In this document: in pieces, positions 28,727 to 37,774 of the stretch | Numbering within the stretch: the first letter of the stretch is position 1 | How the letters are laid out: every line of letters starts with the position of its first letter | DNA from: Oligoflexales bacterium | GTDB taxonomy: Bacteria > Bdellovibrionota_B > Oligoflexia > Oligoflexales > Bog-1112 | Direction of reading: 5' to 3' | Length of the DNA stretch: 64,000 bases | NCBI GenBank assembly: GCA_045105515.1 | Contig: JBGCDR010000178.1 | Span: 1-64,000 of the forward strand | Program-made: the position numbers and the translations under genes | Notes under the pieces: generated by a model | What the model saw: the letters and a program-made list of their open reading frames with translations, nothing else | Told to the model about the DNA's origin: nothing | Databases searched by the model: none

Positions 28727-29512
28727 TTAAAGGTTGAAATCTACCTTGATCTCAACACGATCATCGATTGCATTAGACTCACGGTTGCCGCTGTTTGTTA
28801 CCGGAATCTCACTTCCAAATCCTGCTGCAGTTACCTGTGATCTTGAGTAGCGATATTTAGAAACAATATAGCTTGCTAAAGAAGACGCTCTTTTTGCAGA
28901 TAGTTCCCAGTCAGTTATATCTTTTTGTTCTCTATTTCTTGATGCGTGCCCCAATAGACTGATGGGCTTACCAAGTTCCATGACAGTTGAAAGCATTGGT
29001 TCTATCATTTTAAGAGCACTGCGATTTAGTCGACTGGACCCTTTTTTATAAAATGCTGAGCCTAAAAGAGTAACGGTTAGTTCGTTGTTCGATGCTGAAA
29101 AAGAAAATGCTTCTATGTTTTTAGTGCTTGAAGATTTGGGAATGATCTTTTTGCTTTGCATCGTTAGTGTATTGATTATTCGCTCAAAATCTTTATTCAC
29201 CATCCGTAAAGGGTATTCGGTGTCATCTTTGAGTACTACAACTCTAGGAGCTACTGCGCTTCCCTTTTTCTTGCGAAACCGGCTTTTCCCTAGGATGATT
29301 TCCCCACGCTCTACTTTTATTGGTATATCATCTGGAACATCTTTAAATGCTTCTCTTATTGAAGATTTAGCCCCTTTGAATGCCTTAGTCTCACCATCAG
29401 GTTTAAGTCCGTAAAGAACAACAAAGGTTGCAAATAGTAAAGTCATTAAGTCAGCATAACCTACAATCCAGGCTGGAACGGAACTTTCAGCCTTTTCGTC
29501 ATCATCTTCCAT
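28727..29512 (-). CDS. motB: MotB-family stator subunit 1
   Basis: WIVGYADLMTLLFATFVVLY TM with conserved Asp; OmpA-like GHAS...WELSAKRA...AAGFG...DRVEI. Confidence 0.9.
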   Translation of the reverse strand: MEDDDEKAESSVPAWIVGYADLMTLLFATFVVLYGLKPDGETKAFKGAKSSIREAFKDVPDDIPIKVERGEIILGKSRFRKKKGSAVAPRVVVLKDDTEYPLRMVNKDFERIINTLTMQSKKIIPKSSSTKNIEAFSFSASNNELTVTLLGSAFYKKGSSRLNRSALKMIEPMLSTVMELGKPISLLGHASRNREQKDITDWELSAKRASSLASYIVSKYRYSRSQVTAAGFGSEIPVTNSGNRESNAIDDRVEIKVDFNL

Positions 29513-29704
29513 AAACTTTTTTTCATATGTTAAGTTGTTTATGACTATTTAATTATAGTAGAATTATGCATTGAATCTTGGGAAATATTTTCCTATCAAA
29601 GCATTTTAGAAAGCTTCGTTGCTGATTTGATATTGCTTAAAATGAAGCGTTTCTCTAAGATCCTTTTTCAGATCTCAATAAATTTAAGAATTAAAAGGGT
29701 AGAT

Positions 29705-30271
29705 ATGCAAAATTATAATACCATAAAAAAAATTATCTATAGTTTTCTTTTATTACTCTGCTTGAATGGGAATTCCGCTGCGGAGTCTGATATCATAAGC
29801 GACTACGAAGCAAATATTAATCAATCTCTTGTAAGAAACTTTGATCCTAGTGTGGATAAAAAGCCAGCAAATATTACCATATCCGCAAAGCTTAAACTGA
29901 GAAACAAACGATATTCCATTGATTTTGCAAAGATGCTGCTTGGGTATAGAGGAGACAAATTTGTAGCTTGGGAACAGTACTTAGATCTCTATTATGATAA
30001 AGACTATCTTTACCTGTATACCAAAGAACTTGTTGTCGATCAAGTCCAAATGCCTGAATATCTCGTCTTGGCAAAAGTTGATCCATACGGCTTTCTTCAG
30101 TGGTCGCCAGAATTTGAAGCTGAATTTTCATTGAGGACATATCGGTACAAATGGTCAAATAGACTAATTGCTTTAATCTGGGGGGTATGGGTGAATAATG
30201 CGGACTATCCAAAGTTTCAACTGAATGCTCGTAAAAGTTCACTCATTATGACTGATCTGGCTTCTGAGTGA
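29705..30271 (+). CDS. Exported hypothetical protein
   Basis: Signal-like N-terminus after ATG 29705; no recognised motif. Confidence 0.55.
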   Translation: MQNYNTIKKIIYSFLLLLCLNGNSAAESDIISDYEANINQSLVRNFDPSVDKKPANITISAKLKLRNKRYSIDFAKMLLGYRGDKFVAWEQYLDLYYDKDYLYLYTKELVVDQVQMPEYLVLAKVDPYGFLQWSPEFEAEFSLRTYRYKWSNRLIALIWGVWVNNADYPKFQLNARKSSLIMTDLASE

Positions 30272-31271
30272 TTTTGTTGAGTACATCTTCTTCAAAGCTA
30301 TTTTTCGCTCCTTTTGTTGTAAAATCATAGCAGAAATTCCATGGAGTATAATGATTATTGTTCGTCTTAGCGATTAACTTTTCGTTTCCATTTTTATGAT
30401 CTAGTATCATGGTCCGCTTTTCACATCTGAACCAATCAGGATTTTTCAAGTATGCAACCGGAGCACTATCCCATGGGTGGAAGCCATCTTCTCTAAATAT
30501 ACTTTTCCAATGAGTTATAAAGTCAAAGCTAGATTTTCTGAAGTAGTCAATTAATGGGTCTTTACTTTTCATCTGCACTATTCTATTGCGATTAATAAGA
30601 ACTTTTTTTGTAAGCTCAAAAGGAAAAAAAGACATTGGGACCTTAGATTTTAAAATTGTATTGACAGCACTCATGTCACTTTCAAAATTCAAATCCTGAA
30701 CACTAATATTGTTTATAGAAAATGTCGTATCAATGCTCTGTCCCATTACAACTAAAATTTCCTTTATTTTAGGTTTAACTTCGCGATGAGTTGCGAGTAA
30801 ACAAGCAATATTTGTTAAGGGACCAATAGCCAACAAATGGGCTGGAGAATCTTTCAACTTTCGTGCAATAAAATCTGCAGCCCTACTAGCTCCAAAGTGA
30901 CATGGTTCTTTTTCTTTTCCTGCTTTTGCTGCGCCAGGCATCCAAGGTATCTCACCATTATGGCTGAGCTTTAGAATTGTTTGCACCGATTGATTTGCTG
31001 AATCTAATTGCGTGTTCCCAAAAACAGTGGTGATTCCAGCGACATGAAGCTCCGATGAGCGCAGGGCGTTTACTATAGCATAGGCATCATCTATATCCGC
31101 CGGGATTTCCTTTTCCAACTTGTAAAGTTTACCCAAACCGATATCAGTATCAATCAGGACTCGCAGGTTGTTTGATGAAGCTTTGAGTGAGGGAAAGATA
31201 AGAGCTAGTGTTAAACAAGCGATAAAAGATAGGGAATATAAGCGTAGCAATTCGTGCCTCCTATTGAACAC
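30246..31271 (-). CDS. Nucleoside hydrolase (IUNH family) with N-terminal hydrophobic segment
   Basis: IDTDIG...DIDD, ITTVFGN, AIGPLTNIA, DLNFESD, HPWD motifs. Confidence 0.9.
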   Translation of the reverse strand: MFNRRHELLRLYSLSFIACLTLALIFPSLKASSNNLRVLIDTDIGLGKLYKLEKEIPADIDDAYAIVNALRSSELHVAGITTVFGNTQLDSANQSVQTILKLSHNGEIPWMPGAAKAGKEKEPCHFGASRAADFIARKLKDSPAHLLAIGPLTNIACLLATHREVKPKIKEILVVMGQSIDTTFSINNISVQDLNFESDMSAVNTILKSKVPMSFFPFELTKKVLINRNRIVQMKSKDPLIDYFRKSSFDFITHWKSIFREDGFHPWDSAPVAYLKNPDWFRCEKRTMILDHKNGNEKLIAKTNNNHYTPWNFCYDFTTKGAKNSFEEDVLNKITQKPDQS

Positions 31272-32373
31272 AGTACTTTCGCCCTAAGTTTAACATAGCT
31301 TCATATCGGCTTAATGGCCAATTAATTGGTAGTTGTGCGGCACCTAGAATCCTCCTTAGGATTTCAACGCCACAAAATTTTAGACATAATTCCCGATCAA
31401 TTAAAGTTGCCGATCCAGAAAGTTGTTTATATCGGTCAATGAAGCAATCTACTTTATTCATAGATGATCCAATGATGAGGTTATGGGCTAACAGCACCCC
31501 CAGATCAAATTCAGCCGGACCTAGGAAGCAGAATTCGGGGTCAATGATGAATAGCTTTTCACCTTTTATTAACCAACTTCCTGGATAAAAATCTCCGTGC
31601 AAAACCATAGGTCCTTGAGCATGCAAATATCTAGTTCCTGCCACAGAACATGCTTTCTTCAGCTCAAGATCCCGCTGAAATTTATGGCCTAGCTGAGCTA
31701 AACCTGGACAGAATTGATTTAAATCGATGCCGTTTGCAGGGTCGAAAGGAAATTCAAACATATGTAGATGGTTTAGGTTTCTCAATCCTTGATTGGACCA
31801 ATCAATTGAATCACAAGGATTTTCAGAATGGAGTGCTGTTAAATAAGAAATTGCCTGTTCAAAGAGATTTTCGGGGATGCCTCGAAGATGTTTATTGCAG
31901 TAAAAATTCATCCCTGAGGAAGCATGTTCAATGTACTCTAAGGCCAGTATATTTTCTCTGGCTTCAAAACCAAGGTATTCAGGCATTAAATTTTTTAGCT
32001 TTGGATTTTTTCCGAATACTTTGTAGAAATTTGCTTCTTGTTTTGTTCGCGATACTGGGGCGGGGATGCTGGGATATTTTCTTACCCATGGATCAGCATG
32101 CTTAATAAGCCAATAATGGCCATCTATGCTAATCCGAAGGACGAGGTTCATGTTACTATCCTCGATAGCCTCACAAGTGTACGAAGAGTTAAGCTTTCCC
32201 TGCTTATTTCTGTAGTGGATAAAAATTTTCGTTAGCTCAGCTAAGGTCTTTTGTTTTTTAGCTTCAGAATTAAACAGGATAGAGTTTTCTCGAGGGCTTG
32301 CCTCATGTGGATCTAAATTTGGCAAATTTACTCCAAAATCTTGCAGTTTTAATCTGAATTGATTGATTAACAT
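31261..32373 (-). CDS. 5-methylthioribose kinase-like phosphotransferase
   Basis: NMNLVLR, IKHADPWV, LHGDFYPGS, IIDPEFCFLGPAEFDLG, EILRRILG motifs typical of MtnK. Confidence 0.8.
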   Translation of the reverse strand: MLINQFRLKLQDFGVNLPNLDPHEASPRENSILFNSEAKKQKTLAELTKIFIHYRNKQGKLNSSYTCEAIEDSNMNLVLRISIDGHYWLIKHADPWVRKYPSIPAPVSRTKQEANFYKVFGKNPKLKNLMPEYLGFEARENILALEYIEHASSGMNFYCNKHLRGIPENLFEQAISYLTALHSENPCDSIDWSNQGLRNLNHLHMFEFPFDPANGIDLNQFCPGLAQLGHKFQRDLELKKACSVAGTRYLHAQGPMVLHGDFYPGSWLIKGEKLFIIDPEFCFLGPAEFDLGVLLAHNLIIGSSMNKVDCFIDRYKQLSGSATLIDRELCLKFCGVEILRRILGAAQLPINWPLSRYEAMLNLGRKYCVQ

Positions 32374-32427
32374 GTTAGTACAGCTATGTAAATAGTTTGG
32401 CAGTACTTGTCGATGGGATTATGGTAT

Positions 32428-33696
32428 TCATGTTTGAGGATTACTACTTATTGTGTCAGTTTCATCTTCTATAAAAGCGACTAAGTCTTTATAGTCATTT
32501 TCACCTTTTTCGTCGAAGTGAACGTCGCTAAGTAATTGAAAGAAAATTTTCATATTATGTGCTGTGTAGGGGGCTTTTTTTGGGAATTCGTGGGCTATCA
32601 CAGAGCCGAAATGATCATCTAGTTTAAATAATGATACTAGGTCATCATTATGCCTATAGTTAACAAAGCTAACAGATTTTTTAACTTGAGGAATAAAGTT
32701 CTTGCAGTGATACAAAACATCACTCACACCCGGGGCGTTAAAGGTAGCTCCTGGCAACCCAAACATCATAGATGCGAGCTGTGCATATAGTCCACCCAAA
32801 GAATGGCCTGTTAGGTAAACTTCATAGCCTAAATTATTGAAGTGTTTAATTTGCTTTAGGGTGTAATTGGTTACGTAGCCAACCCGTTTATTAAGAGTCT
32901 TTTCCGCTATTCCAGGAGAAGAAAGATGTTTATTGCGGTAGTTTTGCCATCGCCTTGTCAGTTCTTCTAGATAGGCTTTATGAGCTTTTTTAACTTTGTG
33001 ACTATGAGCATCATTAATTGCTGATGTTGCTCTATTTCCAATTCCTGTTATCGATTCAAGAAAGCTATCTTGAATATTTGCAAATCTTGAAAATAATTTG
33101 GCAAAGGAACTCATTACCCCTTCCTGACCGTACAGTAAGGCAAGATCAAATGCAGCGTCTTTAGTATTCTGGGTTCCACGAAAGGCTAAGATAGCGATTT
33201 TATTTTTGTGATTGCAAAAAGTAGCTGCTCTAAAACCATCGAAATCTAGATAGTTACATAGTTTGTAGTTTTCATTTTTAAGAGTGTGTTCAGGGTCATA
33301 AGTTGCAAGAGCAGCCTTCGCAAGCGTGGGAATGCTCATAGTCGACAAAAAACCTCTATGAATTGGTAGTGTAAGAGATTTATTGCAGAGTGATTTTCCC
33401 AATTCTCGTCTAGTTTTTGGAGGCTTTTTACATAAGGTTTTTTTAGTGCATGATTGCTGAGTGCATGATGTAGACACTAAATCGTTTGCACAAGGACTAC
33501 AATTTAATACTTCAGTACCAACTGTGAGGCCGTATTGTTTAGGTTTGATTTTGTTAAGGGGAAGTATACTAAATGCCGAAACTAAGTTTGAATTTTCTAC
33601 TTTTGACTCATAAGGTAAACCAGATGAAGTAAGGACCAATCCAAAAACAATGAAAAAATTTTGAAAAACCAATGCCATCATTTTTTCCTTCGTCAT
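32428..33696 (-). CDS. Secreted class-3-like lipase
   Basis: ILAFRGT, LTGHSLGGLYAQ, TFNAPG, DLVS, AHNM; Cys-rich N-terminal segment. Confidence 0.85.
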   Translation of the reverse strand: MTKEKMMALVFQNFFIVFGLVLTSSGLPYESKVENSNLVSAFSILPLNKIKPKQYGLTVGTEVLNCSPCANDLVSTSCTQQSCTKKTLCKKPPKTRRELGKSLCNKSLTLPIHRGFLSTMSIPTLAKAALATYDPEHTLKNENYKLCNYLDFDGFRAATFCNHKNKIAILAFRGTQNTKDAAFDLALLYGQEGVMSSFAKLFSRFANIQDSFLESITGIGNRATSAINDAHSHKVKKAHKAYLEELTRRWQNYRNKHLSSPGIAEKTLNKRVGYVTNYTLKQIKHFNNLGYEVYLTGHSLGGLYAQLASMMFGLPGATFNAPGVSDVLYHCKNFIPQVKKSVSFVNYRHNDDLVSLFKLDDHFGSVIAHEFPKKAPYTAHNMKIFFQLLSDVHFDEKGENDYKDLVAFIEDETDTISSNPQT

Positions 33697-34183
33697 AGAT
33701 TTTTAAAGATAGTGACTCATTAAATACTAATTTTTGAGAGGTATTCAAACTCGAGTTTTGTCTGTATATCAGCAAAAGTTGGAAAAAGCAAGTATTGCAA
33801 GTATTTAAAGTTGTTTAAAAAACTTATTTTTATTGTCACATCCGAAAGAATAAATCTCTTGTTAGAAAAACCAAAACATCCAAGTATCTTGAATGTTAAA
33901 GAGCCTAAATATCAGTAAAGTCCCCTTCATTAGTCTTTGATTAGAGAAATAGGTTTACTATTTTTAGCCACAGGTAATAAGGGCGTCTAATACCAAAATC
34001 TTCGCAACTTATTTGTGACTTCGAATAAGTATCAAGATCTTGTAATTATTGCTTATCTAAGTGTCCTTAGAGTAGTTTGTTTAAGAAATTATAAGAAAGT
34101 AACCGATGCAACTTAATAAGTTCACAATGGAACGTTTTTTTTAAATTTTCTCATTTCTTTGTCTGAAGCAGTAGGAATTTCCC

Positions 34184-35212
34184 ATGAATTACAAAGATTA
34201 TAGTAGTGTGCATGTGGAAAAATTTATTAAAGACTATACTCAAGTCAATTTTGATAGTCTGTTGGAGTCCAACAGTTTTAAGCTCATTTTTGAGAAACAA
34301 CAAGCAGCCAGTATCATGCGTAAAAATAGTGAAGTTTTGCAAGGTTTTCTTTTTCAAAGGGCTAATAAGTTCAAATTTTATACTTTATCAAATGTGGTGA
34401 CTTCACTAAAACGAGATGAGCTCATGATAATGATATTTGGGTTTGGAGGGAAAAAGATTCATTGTCAAATGAAATTTGAGTCAGTCCGGCTATACAAACC
34501 TGGTAGAGGTTATGAAGTAAGTTTTCTTCCTGTCAGACAGGTTAGTATGCATCAGCGGGTAGAAATGAGTGCAGCAGCTATCGTAAATCTAGTTCCCCAT
34601 AAATTTCAAGAGCAAGTTCTGTTTGGCACTCATCATATTAGAAGAATATCTGGCAGATTAAATAAACGTAGTGATGATTACCTTTTATGCGAAGACTGCG
34701 TTTATGATCGGAAAATATTGCGTGCTAAGCCTCTATTTTATCGAGAAATACCTCTATTTTCAGCGAGAATGATTGACATCTCACAAGGTGGTTGCCGACT
34801 AGCTCTCACTGGTTTATCCACACGATTAATTAATGAGGCTTCTTCGCATTCACTTCTCTATATCCAGACCAGTTTAAATTGGGGCAAACTTGAAACGGCA
34901 ATTAGAGTATTGGCTCAAATTAGAGGATTTAGACAGTTTCAACACAAACTGATATTACATTGTGCCTTCGTAGATGAATTACCAAGAATCCCTGAGAAAA
35001 TTAAATACAACCATTATAAATATACCTTTAAACTTCGGAAGCCGGCCCACCTTAGAATCAACAATAGGGATTTTTTTGAGGCGAAAGAAATGGTGGCTGT
35101 AAAACTTCCCCTTGGAATTCACGATATCAAAATACGTTGGCAAGGTGGTGGAATAAGTGACCATCGTATTGACCTAAGGCAAAAGCCTGGTCAAGTAATT
35201 ACTCTATCTTAA
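34184..35212 (+). CDS. PilZ-like domain protein
   Basis: ARMIDISQGGCRL (D/NxSxxG motif); RxxxR motif not clearly intact. Confidence 0.55.
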   Translation: MNYKDYSSVHVEKFIKDYTQVNFDSLLESNSFKLIFEKQQAASIMRKNSEVLQGFLFQRANKFKFYTLSNVVTSLKRDELMIMIFGFGGKKIHCQMKFESVRLYKPGRGYEVSFLPVRQVSMHQRVEMSAAAIVNLVPHKFQEQVLFGTHHIRRISGRLNKRSDDYLLCEDCVYDRKILRAKPLFYREIPLFSARMIDISQGGCRLALTGLSTRLINEASSHSLLYIQTSLNWGKLETAIRVLAQIRGFRQFQHKLILHCAFVDELPRIPEKIKYNHYKYTFKLRKPAHLRINNRDFFEAKEMVAVKLPLGIHDIKIRWQGGGISDHRIDLRQKPGQVITLS

Positions 35213-35262
35213 TAGCACCAGAGTGACAATAAACTATGGAATTTCTCCATAATTGATTTTTT

Positions 35263-36159
35263 TTACGCTGAGATTCTTAGGTAAAAAGCGCCATCAAAAT
35301 CTATTTTAAACAACTTTTTGAAATAGTCGTTGGTAGAAGGTGAATCTGAGCGTACAAGCTCAACTCTAAAACCTTTGGATTCTAAGTCAACTATGATGTC
35401 ATCCACTAATTTATGATCACCACCCATGATGTTGGTAATTGGAAAGACGAGAAGTGAGCCTCCAGGTGCGAGAAGATTAGTCAATTGTTCGTAAGCTTTT
35501 AGATGAAAATCGTCACTTAAAACATGATTGTACAAATGTAGTAAATTGGCACTAATAATTAGGTCATATTGATTAATAGTTACTTCTTTTGGAAGGTCGC
35601 TAATATCACAGTGAACCATCCAATCAGGATGATTTCTGTAATCTTCAATGAATGCACGGTTATTTTCTTTTAAAGCATTCATATGGTTGATGTAGTTTTC
35701 TCTTCTTTCTTTAAGATCTCTGACACCAAAAATATTTGCTGCACCGTCAATGATGTCCCAATTTACATTATTTGCTATACCATATAAATATTTAAAACGT
35801 TCTTCAGCGGAAAAAATATTTTCTTCGAGTTTCCTAGCATTTGACTCTAAGTCTCCTCCTTTAGGATATTCGATGTCACATGTCACAATGTTTTCTTCAG
35901 GTACGTCAAAATTTCTTACTAGCTCTCCTTTGACACTTGATGGCCCTCCAGGTACGAAGAGTATTTTTTTTCCCGCATAAAACGCCTTAGTGTTTTCCAA
36001 GTCTTTGGGAAACATTTCAACATGAAGGTCGAGGTTGCGACCAAGAAAACCGATATCCGAAAAAAGGTTGGGGACCATATTCTTCGGGTTTGCATGGCTA
36101 GAATTGATGCCGATAAATTGGGTGCATCCTACTACAAGTAGTGCTGAAATGAACTTCAT
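35263..36159 (-). CDS. Class I SAM-dependent methyltransferase-like protein with apparent signal peptide
   Basis: KKILFVPGGPSS, VTCDIEY, YDLIISANLLHLY, LLAPGGSLLVFP; N-terminus MKFISALLVVGC...SHA. Confidence 0.7.
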   Translation of the reverse strand: MKFISALLVVGCTQFIGINSSHANPKNMVPNLFSDIGFLGRNLDLHVEMFPKDLENTKAFYAGKKILFVPGGPSSVKGELVRNFDVPEENIVTCDIEYPKGGDLESNARKLEENIFSAEERFKYLYGIANNVNWDIIDGAANIFGVRDLKERRENYINHMNALKENNRAFIEDYRNHPDWMVHCDISDLPKEVTINQYDLIISANLLHLYNHVLSDDFHLKAYEQLTNLLAPGGSLLVFPITNIMGGDHKLVDDIIVDLESKGFRVELVRSDSPSTNDYFKKLFKIDFDGAFYLRISA

Positions 36160-36354
36160 GATCGCCCCTTCTGTTTGAAAATTTAGATAAAAAAATGATT
36201 ATTTATTGCTTAAGTATCTACCTGATGAAAATGCAAATCACAACCTTTAAAAAAGCTTTGCTTGTCGGATACATTTGCATATGTTATTGAAATATCGCAA
36301 ATCATATAAATTACATCACCTATTAATTAGAATTTTTGTCATTAAGGGCGCAGA

Positions 36355-37734
36355 ATGGAAAATGCAAAAATCGGACTTCCATCCGCAATTTTTATGGTGC
36401 TTGCAAGCATGATTGGTACTGGTATTTTTGGCGTTTCAGGGATCTTACAGGCAAGTTTGCTAGACCCAAAGGTCATTCTAATTTGCTGGCTTATTGGTGG
36501 ATGTATTGCTGTTGCTGGAGCGTTGTGTTATTCCGAAATTGCAGCTAATTACCCATTGGTAGGTGGTGAGTATGCTTATTTAAAATGTTTATATGGTGAT
36601 TTACCAGCATTTCTTACTGGATGGATCTCAATCTTTGTGGGTTTCTCAGCTCCTATTGCTGCGACCTCCTATCTCTTTGCTGAATACTTTCAAAAAGCTG
36701 TAGACTCTATGGGTTATTATAGTATGGCCTTGCTGGTTGAACAGTATCAGGCGTTTATAGGTAGTTTACTAGTTATTTTCCTAAGTTTAATCCATATTAT
36801 TGGAGTAAAGAAGGGGCTCATTTTTCAAAATATGATAACTTTTTTGAAGGTGTCCATTATATTGATTCTTTTAGGTTTCGGCTTTCGGTATGCATTTGCT
36901 AATCAGTTTGAAACCTTAAGAGTAAATATGACAGGTGTCAATACCGTCCGGTATGATAAGCTAGCTGCAGCATTTCTTATGGTTTCTTTTTCGTTTAGTG
37001 GATGGAATGCTGCTATTTACTTGGGATCTGAAATTAGGGATGCGAGAAGGAATATACCAAAAGCGATGCTTTGGGGAACTAGTTTAACTATGATTCTTTA
37101 CCTGCTTGTGCATCTTATGCTTTATGCGACGTTGGGAGTAGATGTTATTGCTGGAGAAAATGCTTTGCTAGCAGTGGTAGCGGGAAAAGTTTTGACCAAA
37201 TTTGGATCTCTTGATGTAGCCTTAAATGTCTGTCTTTGTCTTGTGTTATTGTCTAGTGTTTCAGTAAACATACTCTTGGGTTCAAGAGTATGTTTTGCAA
37301 TGGGTAATAACATACCTTCATTGAATTTATTGGCTAAAACTAGTAGAAAATATCAAACTCCAGCATTAGCAATATTGGTGCAGGCAGGAATTGCAATAGC
37401 TTACCTGCTTACTGGGTCATTCACTGGAATCATAATTTATATGGGTTTTTCATTGTCAATATTCCCTATGTTGACTGTTGGTGGAATGTGGATTTTGCGT
37501 CGCCGACTTAAAGGCAAAGCCATGACATATAGTTCACCATTCTTTCCAATGCTACCAATATTTTTTATTGGATCATCACTCTTAGTAAGTAGTTTTAATC
37601 TATTTCAAAATACAATAGAATCATTGGTTTCTATTAGTGTTATTGGGGTTGGAGTAGCAGTCTATCTACTTGCAGATTCTAAGAAAAAGAAGCTTGGAGT
37701 TAATCAAGTCACTAAACCTCAACCATCTACATAG
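36355..37734 (+). CDS. APC-family amino acid permease
   Basis: MIGTGIF, YSEIAANYPLVGGEYAYL, FSFSGWN, EIRDARRNIPKA; about 12 TMs. Confidence 0.92.
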   Translation: MENAKIGLPSAIFMVLASMIGTGIFGVSGILQASLLDPKVILICWLIGGCIAVAGALCYSEIAANYPLVGGEYAYLKCLYGDLPAFLTGWISIFVGFSAPIAATSYLFAEYFQKAVDSMGYYSMALLVEQYQAFIGSLLVIFLSLIHIIGVKKGLIFQNMITFLKVSIILILLGFGFRYAFANQFETLRVNMTGVNTVRYDKLAAAFLMVSFSFSGWNAAIYLGSEIRDARRNIPKAMLWGTSLTMILYLLVHLMLYATLGVDVIAGENALLAVVAGKVLTKFGSLDVALNVCLCLVLLSSVSVNILLGSRVCFAMGNNIPSLNLLAKTSRKYQTPALAILVQAGIAIAYLLTGSFTGIIIYMGFSLSIFPMLTVGGMWILRRRLKGKAMTYSSPFFPMLPIFFIGSSLLVSSFNLFQNTIESLVSISVIGVGVAVYLLADSKKKKLGVNQVTKPQPST

Positions 37735-37774
37735 TATTCTATCATGCAATATTGGGAAGGTGGTTTTAGAATCA

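Noticed and set aside
26872..29512. Zorya (ZorAB) anti-phage system
   Set aside because: MotA is 247 aa with no long ZorA tail, retains flagellar-type motifs, and no ZorC/D/E genes are adjacent
33697..34183. Long AT-rich intergenic region with recurring AAGTAT
   Set aside because: Irregular spacing and low complexity; consistent with an ordinary divergent promoter region
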